Below are positions 27,477 to 41,900 of a stretch of DNA of 64,000 nt, piece after piece. The position numbers and the translations under genes were made by a program. This stretch comes from Eledone cirrhosa (taxonomy: Eukaryota): NCBI GenBank assembly GCA_964016885.1, contig OZ024744.1, positions 38,626,001-38,690,000 on the forward strand, in the 5' to 3' direction. Within the stretch, counting starts at the first letter, position 1, and every line of letters starts with the position of its first letter. The notes under the pieces are model-generated. The model was not told the origin of the DNA and made no database searches. It was given only the letters and a program-made list of their open reading frames with translations.

Positions 27477-27564
27477 AGAAGAAGAAGAAGAAGAAGAAGA
27501 AGAAGAAGAAGAAGAAGAAGAAGAAGAAGAAGAAGAAGAAGAAGAAGAAGAAGAAGAAGAAGAA
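27477..27564. repeat. (GAA)n microsatellite
   Basis: Read directly. Confidence 0.98.
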
Positions 27565-28476
27565 AAGGTGAATTCTTTCATTCACAATATTAATTTCTTT
27601 GGCTTAAATGGCGCAGAGTTAAAATATCGTATGACAAAGAGACACAAAAGAGAAGAAAATAATGGATGGTCTGTACCGATTGTCACGCCGTAAATGTATA
27701 TATATATATATGTACGTATGTAAGTGTGTGTATTTGGGTGTTTGTGTGAAGACATACATATCATACATACGCACAAACACACAGAAACACAAACACATAT
27801 AGACTGTATATAAAATATCTAAGTATAATTCAATAAATACACATATTATTTATCATACGCTTGACCAACTATTGAGTAAAGAGGTGTTTCTTGGGAAAGA
27901 CTTACAGAATAATTCCCACTAGAAATTATTGAGCCATACGAAAGTTCAAATAAAGACACAAAGCTAGCAATGACGAGTGTTTAATTTGAACGAAGTATAG
28001 AAAAAAGAACATTAACTTGCTCACACTTTTAATGTTATGTGTTAATGGTTATCGTTTATGTTTATTTCCTATTTCTGAGTAATATTACTCACTTACTTAC
28101 ATACTTTCACGCACGCGCACACACTCACACACACACTCACACACACACTCACACATACACACGCGCGCGTGCGCGCACGCGCACATACATATGCACGCAT
28201 ACATATATGTATGAGTGTATGTTTTTACATACATATACACACACATACACACTCACATATATATATATATATCATCATCATCATCATCATCATCATTTTA
28301 CGTCCGCTTTTCCAAAACAAACAAACCGAGCATTATAATAAATGTTCGGTAAACCGATACGTGCATATATATATATGTGTGCATGTATGTATATATATAC
28401 ATACTACTGGACGTCTGTATACATATATGTATGTATGTATACATACATACTTACATTCATGCATATATATATATGT

Positions 28477-29200
28477 GTAAAAGGTAAACAGAAATAACAA
28501 CACAATTAGTATCTGGAAGGAATATATTAGTTTAATGCTTGAAATAGCACGGAGAGGGTCTTAACATTTCGGTCGCTAGTACTTCATCAGAGGAAAGAAT
28601 GAGAAATTAGAAGGATTGAAGGGACGAGCAGGGCGGAATCGGAAAAAATAACAGGTCCATTAATGTTGCGATCTTTTGGAAAACTGTTTTGTGTATGATA
28701 TGCTTTTTTTAGAAAAGTAACTGATAGAGCTCGTCTACCTGAAATGGTAAAAAGCGTTTTGGATATAGAGTTATATTTCTGCGCGCGCGCGTGGGGGAGG
28801 GGTTATTATACGTCCGTACGAAGCTAAGAAGAGATGTGTGTAAAAGAGATGTAAGTAAAAGAGTGTTTGTGTGTGCATGTAAGTACGAAGCTGTGAGCAA
28901 AAGTATATTAATATAAGGGTGTGTGTGTGTGTGTATAAAGAGCTGTGAAGGGAAAAGTAGAGGTGTTTGTGCGTATTTAGTTGGTCTGTATCAGCTGTAA
29001 GAGTATATGTTTCTGACCATAAGAGAACCATAGGAATATAGTGGTAAATGTACAAGAGCGTGTATGATAACGGACGAGGGCAAAGGGTAGAGAAGTAAGC
29101 ACGAACGTATATGTGTAATATTAAAGAAATTTGGGCGGGGAGTTGAGTCCACGAGGGAAATGGTATATATTTTATCTAATAATTCTAAGGACAAGATTTA
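28477..29200 (-). mobile_element. Hammerhead-bearing repeat family Z, copy 1 (Penelope pLTR-like); copy 2 at 36370-36715
   Basis: The two copies align over about 300 bp. Both carry minus-strand CTGATGAA-stem-GAAATGTT and abut TA/TG microsatellites. Confidence 0.7.
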
Positions 29201-29510
29201 TGATATATATATATATATATATATATATCGATTGGTTATTGATTAGGCGGTACCCGCTTATGAAGCCGCATAAGCCGATTGTGCATTGTTGCATAATATA
29301 AGCAGACGGATGGTGCAGTGCACTTTACTGCTGCATTAGTGCGACCGAAACTCGAGTCCGGGAACTATTATAGGCACCCGTTTTACGTGTGTTGTATTGA
29401 AGCGAATAACTATGTGTATCTTACATTGCCCATGGAGTACGCTGAGATTCAACCGGTCCTGGCATTGATAAATATGTTGTGTCCATCAACTCCTTATTAT
29501 ATATATATAT

Positions 29511-30159
29511 ACTAAGAATAGTGAGTTCTAAACTCAAGCACTCCTTTACAATGAAATAGCTCAAAGAAAGAAGTATTTCTGAGCCGTGTAATACAAGTTA
29601 ATATAAATTAATATATATGATAAAACACAAATACCAACATATAAGTGTTTGTATTGTAAATGACTAAGTTAGCTAGATTGAAAAATACTAATTATAATAA
29701 TACAGTTTGCCTGTCTCGATTTAAAATAATAAATCAATAAAAACAAACGATATTGGCAAATGGCCGTGGTACTTGGACAAATTTAAATTTCAAATCAAAC
29801 CTGTTCCGTAGATAAGTTTAAACTTCAAAATCCAAATAAGTTTCGAAATGAAAGGGTACTTGCTGAGGAGAGCTGAACGGAATATTTTTTCACTTTTTCA
29901 TTTCGAAACTTATTTGGATTTTGAAGTTTAAACTTATCTACGGAACAGGTTTGATTTTGAAATTTAAATTTGTCCAAGAACCACGGCCATTTGCCAATAT
30001 CGTTTGTTTTTATTGATTTATTATTTTAAATCGAGACAGGCAAACTGTATTATTATAATTAGTGTTTTTCAATCTAGCTAACTTAGTCATTTACAATACA
30101 AACACTTATATATTGGTATTTGTGTTTTATCATATATATTAATTTATATTAACTTGTAT
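29511..30159. mobile_element. Asymmetric fold-back element family W; arms 29591-29853 and 29896-30159
   Basis: Near-perfect ~263-bp inverted arms with an ~80-bp left extension shared with 43478-43550; TA flanks. Confidence 0.9.
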
Positions 30160-30162
30160 ATA

Positions 30163-30232
<70 letters not shown>

Positions 30233-30235
<3 letters not shown>

Positions 30236-30362
30236 AAAAAAGATGAAATCGAAAATGAAACTGTAGTCTTTTTAAGAATATTTATTTGTTTCCTTTACCG
30301 GTTTCGCAGTTCTTATGCTTTTCAAAAGTAGAATTGAGGTGGAGGGTTTGTGGTTTTTCTCG
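30233..30362 (-). mobile_element. Repeat family Y with variant hammerhead; other copies at 39188-39345(+) and 51468-52300(-)
   Basis: Three alignable copies, each next to TA/CA microsatellites. Confidence 0.8.
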
Positions 30363-30379
30363 CACACACACACACACAC

Positions 30380-30524
<145 letters not shown>

Positions 30525-31286
30525 GAAATAAATGAAATAAATGAATAATATATATATATATACTTGCAACTGATTGGAGTTTGGGTCATAATACCGAAAG
30601 ATTATTATTACCTCATACACCATAAACCCGAATCTTGAAATTACAAAATTCACACCAACAAAACATTCATATCACGAAAATATATTTTTATAAAATCCTA
30701 ATTTTTTAAAAATTCAAGTTCTTAAAAGACATTCATCGTATATACTTGAGTAATAGTCGATCTCATATAAAATTCGACCCCTTATTTTTTGGCAAAAATA
30801 TCTAGAATTTTCCATAGACCTCGTATGAGAATCTACCCAAGTATTTCACAGAAAATAGGTCAAAATTTGCGATTCATCCTGTATCTATAAATAACACTGT
30901 TACCAGAGCCTCTTGAATTTAATACAATTTTATATTATTGCAAATACGTGTCTGAAACTAAAAATTTACCTAGACATGTGCCTACCTAATTGTAGCCTGA
31001 CCAATCACGAGTGCTTGGCGCTTATAGCGTTGTTTATAGAAAAAAAACATATATTAGCAAACACTACACATCTGTTGATGTATACTACATCAGCATTACT
31101 AAAGTGTATCCACAAGGTGTGCTGCAAGCCTGCAATCTTTATATTTTCCTCATTTCGAAACAATAAACACATACGCCATCGCTCGTCTCATCGTCTGTTT
31201 TCGTGGTGAAAAAAGTGTTTCACAGGCATTGCTGTCGAGGAACAACTAGCAAACGCCACACTCATAAGAAATTATATTTATGTGTG

Positions 31287-31322
<36 letters not shown>

Positions 31323-31377
31323 TGTATGTATGTATGTATGTATGTATGTATGAATGTATGCATATATACATACATAT

Positions 31378-32741
31378 ATGATGGCTGCCCCCTCGTTATC
31401 GAGTATGGCCATTGCACGAGAAAAAAAAACAAAAAAGAAACATCATAATAACAATAATAATAATAATAACAACAATAATAATAACGACAACAACAATAAT
31501 AATATACATATATATATATACACACACGCGCACACATAAACATATCTATACACACACACGATAGCAATTAACGGCGCTGCGATCGAATGTGGCTTTTTAT
31601 CCCAGCCAATGATCTAAAATGTCTTGCACAAAGTCAGCAACCAAAACATTCACTGCGAATAGCCGGCTGTGGTTGGAGTCCATGTCCTTTTGCATGTCGT
31701 TTCAGCCCTCCTGCTGATTTACATTCTCTACCACATGTTTCGCAAGCATGATGAGTAGCATCTCCAACAGCAGCCTGGTAGTCAACCACTGGTCTTACTT
31801 TATGACTGTGAAGATGACTTTCGAGTCCAGCTTTGCTTAGGCAGAGTCTCGCACAGACGCTGCATGTCAGCACCATAGGAGGACCATCGCCGTCTGGAAG
31901 TGCAACAGTTATGCCCTTCCTCACATCCCGCTTTACTTTCTCGTATGCGATTCGAGATGCCTCAAAGGCAACTTTTCCCTCATATACAGTCTTTCTCCAT
32001 TTATTACGATCAGCAGCAACATTTTCCCATGTATCAGCAGAGATGTTAGCGTCTTTCAAAGAGGCTTTCAAGGAATCCTTATACCTCTTTTTTGGTTTAT
32101 GTGGCGGTCGTTTTCCTTTAACTAACTCTCCATAAAAGAGTTGTTTTGGTATTCTAGAATCCTTCATCCTTGCAAGGTGACCACTCCAACGGAGTCGTTG
32201 CTTAAGCACAAGAGCTTCTATACTGTCACACATAGAGCTTTCTAAAATCTCGACATCACTGATGTGGTCCCTCCAGTGAACGCCATGGATTCGTCTGAGA
32301 CACATCTGGTGGAAACGCTCCAATTGCTTAAGATGGTGTCGATATGTGACCCAGCTCTCGCAGGCATAAAGAAGAGAAGAGAGCACACATGCCTTGTACA
32401 CTTTTACCTTTGTCTTCTTGCATATGTCTCGCCGACCCCAGAGTTGCCTTTCTAGCTTTCCGAAAGCAACACTTGCTTTCCTAATCCTGAGTGGGATTTC
32501 ATTATCAAGGTTGCTGTATTGATTAACAGTGCTTCCCAGGTAGACAAACTGATCAACCACTCCAAGTCGTTTACCATACACATAGATATTTGGTTCACTG
32601 TACTGCTTACCAGGGGCAGGTTGGTACATGACGATAGTTTTCTTGAGACTGACAGTCAATCCTAGGGCAGTGCAAGCATCAGAAAATGCATTCAAAATGT
32701 GCTGCATATCACTCTCTGTGTGCGCTACAAGATCGCAATCG
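31378..32741 (-). mobile_element. 5'-truncated RTE-clade LINE with open C-terminal ORF and C2H2 fingers
   Basis: ORF 31634-32857 (its N-terminus is only the CATA repeat) has FVYLGS, LLYACESW, LRWSGHLARM..RIPKQLFYGEL, CSVC..HLHSH and CETC..HAKGH. Confidence 0.92.
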
Positions 32742-32826
32742 TACATACATACACACATACATACATACATACATACATACATACATACATACATACATAC
32801 ATACATACATACATACATACATACAC

Positions 32827-33052
32827 AATACTGGTCCCCAAGAACTATGACACCCACTTGGTAAAAAACTACCGACCCATTGCATGCCAGAACCTGATGT
32901 ATAAGATGTATACAGCCAGCCTAAACCTATTTCGCCAAGATCACTATGAAAATAATAACATCATCACAGGTGAACAAGCAGCTGGAAGGAAAAGTATTCG
33001 GGGGTGTGGTGAACAACTCCTAATTAACAAAACTGCAATGTCGAAGGTGCTT
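32827..33052 (+). mobile_element. R4/Dong-like RT internal fragment directly after (CATA)n
   Basis: KNYRPIACQNLMYKMYT..EQAAG; homologous to 18735-18955(-). Confidence 0.85.
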
Positions 33053-33149
33053 TGATATTTTTACTTTTTTATATTTTGACTGCATGCCCATATATGGACT
33101 CTACTCCTTGATAAGTTCAAGTAGATTCCCGCCATTCTAATACTGCTGG

Positions 33150-33292
33150 CATAGGTCGGATATAGCTGTCGAAACAGCCGAAGCTCAGCCGTCGGGGTCC
33201 TGACACTTTTCCTATTATCCACTCTACTACCCTAAGTATTGAGTACTCTGGTGCTTTATGGTCCACCTGGTATCTTACCACACCTTCTTTGT
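33150..33292 (+). mobile_element. Repeat family X (pLTR-like, ends in TA); other copies at 25859-25970, 40417-40621, 42742-42885(-) and 62385-62535
   Basis: Shared ctgtcGAAAcagccg..gctcagccgtcggggtcc..gagtactctggtg sequence. Confidence 0.85.
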
Positions 33293-33396
33293 TATATATA
33301 TGTGTGTGTGTGCGCGGGCATGCGCGCGCGCGCACACACACACACATATACATATATATCTACATACATTTGTTTATTTATTATGCTATTGGTTTT

Positions 33397-33476
<80 letters not shown>

Positions 33477-34731
33477 TTCTATTTCTTTCCCTTATGGTCC
33501 TAACATTTCTTTGTCACTGTTTATCAAATTTCTTTTGATCTTAATCAGTTATCATCACAAACTTTGATGTATTTCGTTATAACACCTGAAGTTAGTTAAT
33601 TACTTATATTTCCAGTTTAATTTATTCTGGCAGTTTTTCCTCTTTATTTGAGTCTCACGGTTTGTTTTATGATATCAACTATATGACTAATGTTTCTTCT
33701 TTTAATTTTTTTCTTTTTCTTTTTTCTTCTGTTATATGCGATTTCCATACACATTAAACTATATAAGCAGTACTTCTACACAACCTACCCTCTTTACGTA
33801 AGAGTAACCAAAACAAGTGTGCCTATCTCAATGCAACTGACAGGCAGGCCAACTAAAATATACGTTTGGTATAACAATGAATAAAGTGTGCAGATTTAGA
33901 TTCAATTCGTATGCTTAAGAAACGTGTAACGACTGACACTTCTTGAAAAAAAAAACACATTTTAAATGCGATTGTTTTATATGTCACTATAACGTGTGGT
34001 TGATTGGTAGTAATGGACACTTGCTTTGCCGCATAGAGTTACGGCCCTTTACAATCTGAGTTCAAATCCCGCCGAGGTGAACTTTGCCTTTCATCCTTAC
34101 GGGGTCAATGAAATAGTTCCAGTAATGTACTGGGATAATTGTTGGCCTTGTGCCAAAAGTAGAAACGATTATTGCCTTGCAGCATAGAGTTATGGTCATT
34201 TACATTCTGAGTTCAAATACCGCTGAGGTTAGCATTGCCTTTCATCCTTACATGGTTGATAAAATAAAGTACCAGTAACGCACTGGGGTCTATTTAATCG
34301 ACTTTTCCCTCTCCTCAAAATTGCTGGCCTTGTGTCTATAGTAGAATTCATTATAAAGGGTGGTGAATTTTGTAGAAACCCCCCCCCCCCCCCCCCCCCC
34401 CATAAAATTATTGGCCTTGTGTCTAAATCTGAAAACATTATAATTGTTGTTTTCTCTCATTCAAGAAAGGTTTTGATCCAAACGTTAGTACTTATGACAT
34501 TTCAAGGCCTTCGAATATTACCAAATGATGCTGGGAAATGCAGATCATAGCCGATCTATTGGGGATTTACTCCTTGGTCATTGTACCTGTCAGAAATCTC
34601 CCACGAATCACACCCTATTGTCATATATACATGGAATATTCATACATATGCAGAGGATGGATATCGATACATAGTGACTCTATACTCAAAAATAACAACC
34701 AAATTTCACGTAAATCTATACTTGTATATAT

Positions 34732-34765
<34 letters not shown>

Positions 34766-34804
34766 GTATATATAAATATATATATTTATCTTTTTAGATA
34801 AATA

Positions 34805-34850
34805 CTACCACTGATGATGTCGCAGATGTGTGACGAAAGAACTTTGATAG
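34805..34850 (+). ncRNA. Minimal type-I hammerhead ribozyme-like motif between TA-rich tracts
   Basis: ctacca-CTGATGA-t-GTCGCA gatg TGTGAC-GAAA-gaac-TT-tgatag; stem I has one mismatch. Confidence 0.7.
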
Positions 34851-36259
34851 ACTATATATATATGTATATCTGTATTTTTAACCGTTACTCAATCAATGGT
34901 AAACATTGATTGCCAGATAAATTAACTATGGAAATATAAAAGATACAGAAGCGAAAACCAACCCAAACCAAACAGTGAGTGTGTTCTGTTATTATTTCTG
35001 GCAATATTATAACAATATATATGGGGGCGGGTATTTGAATAAGATGCTGACCTACCGGGCTGTATGCAACACTCCAATCAGTAAACGATGATAATGACCG
35101 AAGAGGGAAGTAGAAAAGGTTATATTCTGAATATAGCAGAAAATTTTGAGAGAGCGACCAACGCTGGAAACAGAGAGTAAACCACCAATAAGGAGTAAAC
35201 ATAATTCGTAAAGGTTTGGAGTGCTTGCAACAGTATCAGGATTGTGGTGGAGGCTGGATTGGTAAGGAGAGGAAAACATATCCTATAACATAGACCAAAT
35301 AACTCCGGGCATTCGCTGGTAGCATCAAGCTGGTTGGCACCGATGTATGAAGCGATATTGTCGGAAAGTGCTGAAATCTTTAATATCACCAGCTAATGGG
35401 GGAGGAGTATGTATCAGTGCAAGCTATATATAATATATAACCCTCAAGCAAGGAAAAGAGTATTAATTTGCACACTAAAATCCTGTTGCTAAAAGAGGTA
35501 TTTTACAATATAGATACATCAGTCTAGTGCTTGCTATTTCTCAGTTTAGAATACTATACGTTGAATTTTGGTTGATTTGATCCAAAGTAAGATCCTCTAC
35601 ATGATCGGGTGGCAAAGCAGAAATATTTTCATTCCTCAATGAAAAGAAATATTTTATTCAACAAATTTAAATTGCTTTATATAATGTTTGCAATAAAAAG
35701 AAACAAAGAAAAAAATTAAGAAGGAGTGGGGTGGCAGATTCTAAATAGGCCCCCACAGCTGACGATATATCTTAGCTGCGCCTTGCATACAAAATGGTGA
35801 AAACATTGCCGAGGAGAACCGACAACAACACCCGCTTCATCAGGCATACAACGGGACTCCTTCCTCGGGTAGGATGCATGTCTCCTAAATTTTCCCGAGG
35901 AAAATGGCAGTTCAGAGACCGGATACACAAGAAGTCTCGACCGCAACTGGCACCACAGGTATTTGTCTATCTGAATATAATTAGATCTCAAATCAATCTC
36001 AATTCAACGTTTGTCATCAAAAGAGAAAAAAAGAATAGAAAAACAATGAACAATATAAGTTCTAGATTTACAAAATGTTAGGATGGAGATGAATGGATGG
36101 AGCAGCACCTACCATCATAAATCTGTTCAACCAGAAATGGTTTTAGATTGATTTCATCCAGGTGCGATTAATGAATTAGGTACCTATATCATTTTGTTCA
36201 AATGTTAATCAATTATACACACATGTAGATGATAAACACTTTTCCTACCCAAGACCACA

Positions 36260-36372
<113 letters not shown>

Positions 36373-36457
36373 AAAAGGGAAACAGAAATAACAACACAAT
36401 CGGTACAGTTTATGGAAGGTATATATTAGGTTAAGGCTTGATATAGCAGGAAGAAGG

Positions 36458-36493
36458 TCTTAACATTTCGGACGCTAGTCCTTCATCAGAAGA
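36458..36493 (-). ncRNA. Minimal hammerhead ribozyme in family Z (paralog at 28558-28594)
   Basis: Reverse complement reads tctt-CTGATGA-a-GGAC tagc GTCC-GAAA-tg-TT-aaga. Confidence 0.7.
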
Positions 36494-37192
36494 AAGAATA
36501 AGAAATAAAATAGATTAAGGGGACAGGCGGGATGGAATTGGAAAAAATGTCTTTAGATAAAAATAACAGGTCCATTCATGTTGACATGCCTTGGAAGACT
36601 GTTGGTGCTGGCGTTTGTGTATGATTTATTTTTCAGAAAAGTGGATGATGGAGCGTATCTACCTGAAATGAAAAAAAAAACGTTTTGTAAAAAGAGCTAT
36701 ACTTGTGCACGTATGTAAGCATATAACAAAAGTAACGAAGATCGCCGGTATAAATATATCGTCCTCCAGCCAGCGTCTAGCTCACTCAATGAATTGCAGT
36801 TATACAGCTGTAATCAACTGTTCAGAGTGCACACATTTAGTTTACTGTAGACAGTTGGCTATGTTTAGTTAGAGATAGATGTAAATATCTCCCTCCTGGA
36901 AGATCGTTTCTGTGTAATATAACTTTACAAATGCAGATTTTTACTTCTGCACTATTCAAATAATCACGCAAAATGACCGGATACTTAAGTAATCGGGCTA
37001 TTATACGATAGTTCCATGTAGTGTGAGCTCGCCATCACTACAGGATAATCTATCTACCAGTTCACGGCAGGCCCTCACTCCGCCTCAGATGCAAAGAGGA
37101 AAAATCTCTCGCAGACCATAACAAGTGATTTTGATAATAAACAGTAGTGGAAGATTAGCCAAAAGGAGAACTTCAATACAGAACAAATGACA

Positions 37193-37472
37193 ATTCTGCA
37201 GATACTCCACCCTGACTATACCTTCAGATTTTTACCTGTAATTATTGGGGCTAACTGTTACTAACTGCCTCAGCACAAATCTTGAGAAGCTAGGCTTCAC
37301 CGAACCAGAGAGTACACGACTGGTTAGAAAGTTACAAGTACAATTCATTAATGGAACTGTAACATTTGTAAAATTCCAAAAATGTTGCATTTAAGACCTG
37401 CATATGCATATGTATAGATACAAAACATGTCCGTGTAAGCTTACAGGTCCACACATTCAATAACACCCATAC

Positions 37473-37520
<48 letters not shown>

Positions 37521-37645
37521 TCATGCACGAACAGAAATACATGCACGCATGCAGACATACATACATATCTACCTAGTTGATGTTGTCAAAATTCCAATGA
37601 AAAGGTCTTGTGTCTGTTAGAAACTATTGGTAAAAATGTACAAAA
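37193..37645 (+). mobile_element. Older R4/Dong-like 3' fragment, interrupted near its end by SINE A copies
   Basis: Matches the reverse complement of about 16600-17025; the tail gaacatacatac resumes at ~37913. Confidence 0.8.
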
Positions 37646-38400
37646 TAATTGTTTCTACTTTTAGCACAAGACCAACAATTATCAGTGTATTACTGGTACT
37701 TTATTTTATCGACCGTAAGGATGAAAGGCAAAGTTAACCTCGGCAGCATTTGAACTGAGACCGTAAAGAGCCGCAATTCTGTGCTGCAAAGCATGGCCTC
37801 TGACCCTCCACCGTTACTGCCAATCCACCGCCAATGAAAATAATTGTTTCTACTTTTGGCACAAGGTCAGCAAATACCAAGTGCATTACTGGTACTTTAT
37901 TTTATCGACCCCGAACATACATACATTGTGTTAACAGGGAAAACAATACATTTAAGAAAACAAACATGGTAGTTTATTGAGATATAGTACTACTGAATAT
38001 AAACATATATGTATACATTATTCCGTAAATCCCCAGAGCGTCGTGGGGTCTCCGTAGTGGCATACAGCATTTCTAGGACATTTTTCAAACCTGACGGAGC
38101 CCATTTCCTCTCTAGGTCTGAATGCAGCAGATTTCTACCAGAGAAGGATAGAGAGTGATAGAATGGAAGTAAAACAGTACTAGATTGGTACTTTTATTTA
38201 TCGACCTCAAATAGATGAAAGGTAAAGTTGACCTCGGTGAGATTTGAATTGAGAGAGCAGAGAGCAGAAAGGAATACTGCAAAGTAGGTTATCCGTCGTT
38301 CAAACGACTCTGCCATTTCGCCGCCTTAGATATCGTACTACTGAATGTAAACATATACATGTATGTTTTCTTTTGTTTATTTCTTGCACTTTCATTGAAT

Positions 38401-38431
<31 letters not shown>

Positions 38432-38446
38432 ATATAAATATATAAA

Positions 38447-39122
38447 CATATTCTATTCTATTCTAAGGCGGGTAAAATTCCCGAGATCCATGGACGAGTT
38501 CTCTCCAGCGGTCTCTGTCCCTCATTATCGCTGCCATGTCCTGTCTCCAACAGACCAGTGTCTGTCCTTAGGGCATCAACATACGTTAACCTTGGTCTTC
38601 CTCTTCTAGTGTGTCCATGTAGGGGCTCCCAAAGGAGCACTGAGTGCAATGTCAACTCTGGATGTCGGTGAGCATGTCCAGCTAACCTCAGTCACCTCTG
38701 TGTCACTTTTGAGCTGACTTTTGGGAGGCTCCCATACATCTCTGAGTTTTTCAACCTCAGTGTATACTGATTAATGTTCAGAGCCATCCTCAGCATTCTC
38801 GTGCAGGAGAGTTAGGGCGAAAAAGGTATCAGATGCTGAATTTGCCGACGACATAGTTTTGGTGACAATTACAGTGAAGGAGGCAGAGGATTTGATGCGG
38901 GAGGTTGAGACTGTGTCGATGAGTGTGGGGCTGGGAATGAATGAGACTAAAACAAAATATCTGGTAGAGAATGTTGAGAAGCCAGAGGGGATCACTAATG
39001 TAGGCGGGAAGCCGCTAGAATTGGTTGAGGGCTTCCTGTATTTGGGAGCAAAGATTGGGAATACGGAAGATGATGTGGTTGAGAGGAAGAGCAAGGCCTG
39101 GGCGGCGTGCCACAGCTTGAGA
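38447..39122. mobile_element. RTE/RTEX-like LINE with 5' inversion: 3' end on minus (38459-38762), RT segment on plus (38770-39122)
   Basis: Minus strand: LLWEPLHGHTRRGRPRLTYVD and a (GAATA)n tail. Plus strand: EFADDIVL..GLGMNETKTK..FLYLGA..KAWAAC. Confidence 0.8.
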
Positions 39123-39129
39123 TATAAAC

Positions 39130-39190
<61 letters not shown>

Positions 39191-39218
39191 AAAAACCACA
39201 AACCTTCCATTTCAATTC

Positions 39219-39258
39219 TTCTTTTGAAAAGCAGAAGAACTGCGAAACCAGTAAAGGA
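39219..39258 (+). ncRNA. Hammerhead ribozyme variant with U3-A8 core (family Y)
   Basis: ttctt-TTGAAAA-GCAG aagaa CTGC-GAAA-ccag-TA-aagga. Confidence 0.6.
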
Positions 39259-39398
39259 ACCAAATAAATATATATTTAAAAAAAAAAAGACTCCAGTTGC
39301 ATTTTCGATTTCATCTTTTTTCCTTATACTTTCACTCGTGTAGGACACCTCGTTTTTTTTTTTCATTTCGTAAAAATGGTCACTTTCTAATATATATA

Positions 39399-39501
<103 letters not shown>

Positions 39502-39980
39502 ATATATATGTATGTATATACACATATGTATGTGTGTGTGTGGATATGTGTGTATGTGAAGATATCAATCAGATAATGTTGTTACGTTCCTTGTTATATT
39601 TTATAACATGATTTTTTGAGGTGTGGGGGGGGGGTCGTTTTTACTAAATTATCTGTAATTCGTTTATATCTGATAGTTTTATGTGTGTTTGAATGAGAGG
39701 GTGTATGTCTGTGTGTCTCTATGTGGGTGTGGGTGTGGGTGCGTACATGTGTGTGTATGTGTAGGCGTGTGTGCGTATGTGTGTACGTGTGTCCGTATGT
39801 GTGTAATTACTTTTGGAGATGGTGAGTAGTTTTTGCTTGTTTGTTGTTTACTCTTTGGAGTTTTTTCTTCTAACCATTTATAGAAGTAAAATGGTATTCT
39901 GACAATTGACTTGTAACCCCAACTATTTTCTTATAATCATCATCATATCATTATCATTGTTGTATTATTATTATTATTAT

Positions 39981-40026
<46 letters not shown>

Positions 40027-40416
40027 TGTAGTAGTAGTAGTAGTAGTGGTAGTAGTAGTGGTAGTAGTAGTATTGTTATTATTATTACTTAAGAAGTTTT
40101 TCAAGTTACTCCTGTTTTTTTATCTAACTTTATAAAGTGGTCGTGTATATAAAAAAAACTAAGCCAAACAAGTGTTGTAAGTAAACACACACACACACAT
40201 TCACACACACACAAACTTATATACACACACACATACACACATACACACATACACACACACATACACACACACACGCAAACACACATACACACATACACAC
40301 ATACACACATACACACACACAGCACAGTTACACTGAAACACACACACATGGAGCAGCCTTAATCTTACTGGAATAATGCGTTTTCAATATATATAAATAT
40401 ATATAAATATATGTAT

Positions 40417-40616
40417 GAAAAGATTCAGGACCCCGACGGCTGAGCTCCGGCTACTTCGACAGCTAGATCCGAGCTGACTACTTCAGATCTAGCTGTCGAA
40501 ACAGCCGGAGCTCAGCCGTCGGGGTCCTGAATCTTTTCCTATTACCCACTCTACTACCCCACGTATCGAGTACTCTGGTGCCTTATGGTCCACCTGGTAT
40601 CTTACCACACCCCCTT

Positions 40617-40621
<5 letters not shown>
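40417..40621. mobile_element. Family X fold-back copy: arms 40417-40472 and 40485-40538 plus ~83-bp extension
   Basis: Near-perfect inverted arms read directly; TA flanks. Confidence 0.9.
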
Positions 40622-40715
<94 letters not shown>

Positions 40716-40834
40716 ATGAGAGATAGAGCGAGAAATGCGTGAGATAAATGCGTGAGATCTTTGGTACAGTTAGATATATTTGAAAAAAGATAAGAATGAC
40801 TCCACCTGTAGTTGGTATTCTCTAACAATTTAAT

Positions 40835-41091
40835 TTTATAACTTTACAATTTTATTATTTTATAATTTTGTTATGTAGATCTAGTAAGTCCTTTATTAAC
40901 TTCAGTGGAATATTTTTTTTAAATCCTGGTTAACTTTCTGGCGAACTTTCTCGCATTCGTCGATGGCGATTGTCAAACTGATCGCCTCTGACGAATGTGA
41001 GAAGGTTCTCCAGAAAGTTAACTAGGATTTTAAAAAATAACTTTAGATCTACGTAGCATAATTATAAAATTATAAAATTGTAAAATTTTAT
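40835..41091. mobile_element. Diverged fold-back element with hammerhead-like core at 40985-41026
   Basis: Inverted arms; CTGACGA-a-TGtGAGAAggTTCTCCA-GAAA-GTTAAC-TA. Confidence 0.75.
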
Positions 41092-41298
41092 AGTTTTCGT
41101 CTCACGCCCTGCATTGAGAAACATTGTTTTATACCTTCCATGTCACGCTATTATTTCGCTTCATGCTGCTATTATTTCGTTTTCATGCTTGCTACGTATT
41201 TATACACACTTCATATTATCTGCCCATAACACAGTTACACAGATATCTTGACAAAGAGCTAATCTTGGTCAAATTGGACCACGCCAAAAATTCGTTGC

Positions 41299-41900
<602 letters not shown>

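Noticed and set aside
35716-36081. Possible host exon (also 56808-57020)
   Set aside because: No recognisable domain and no consistent splice-site pair.
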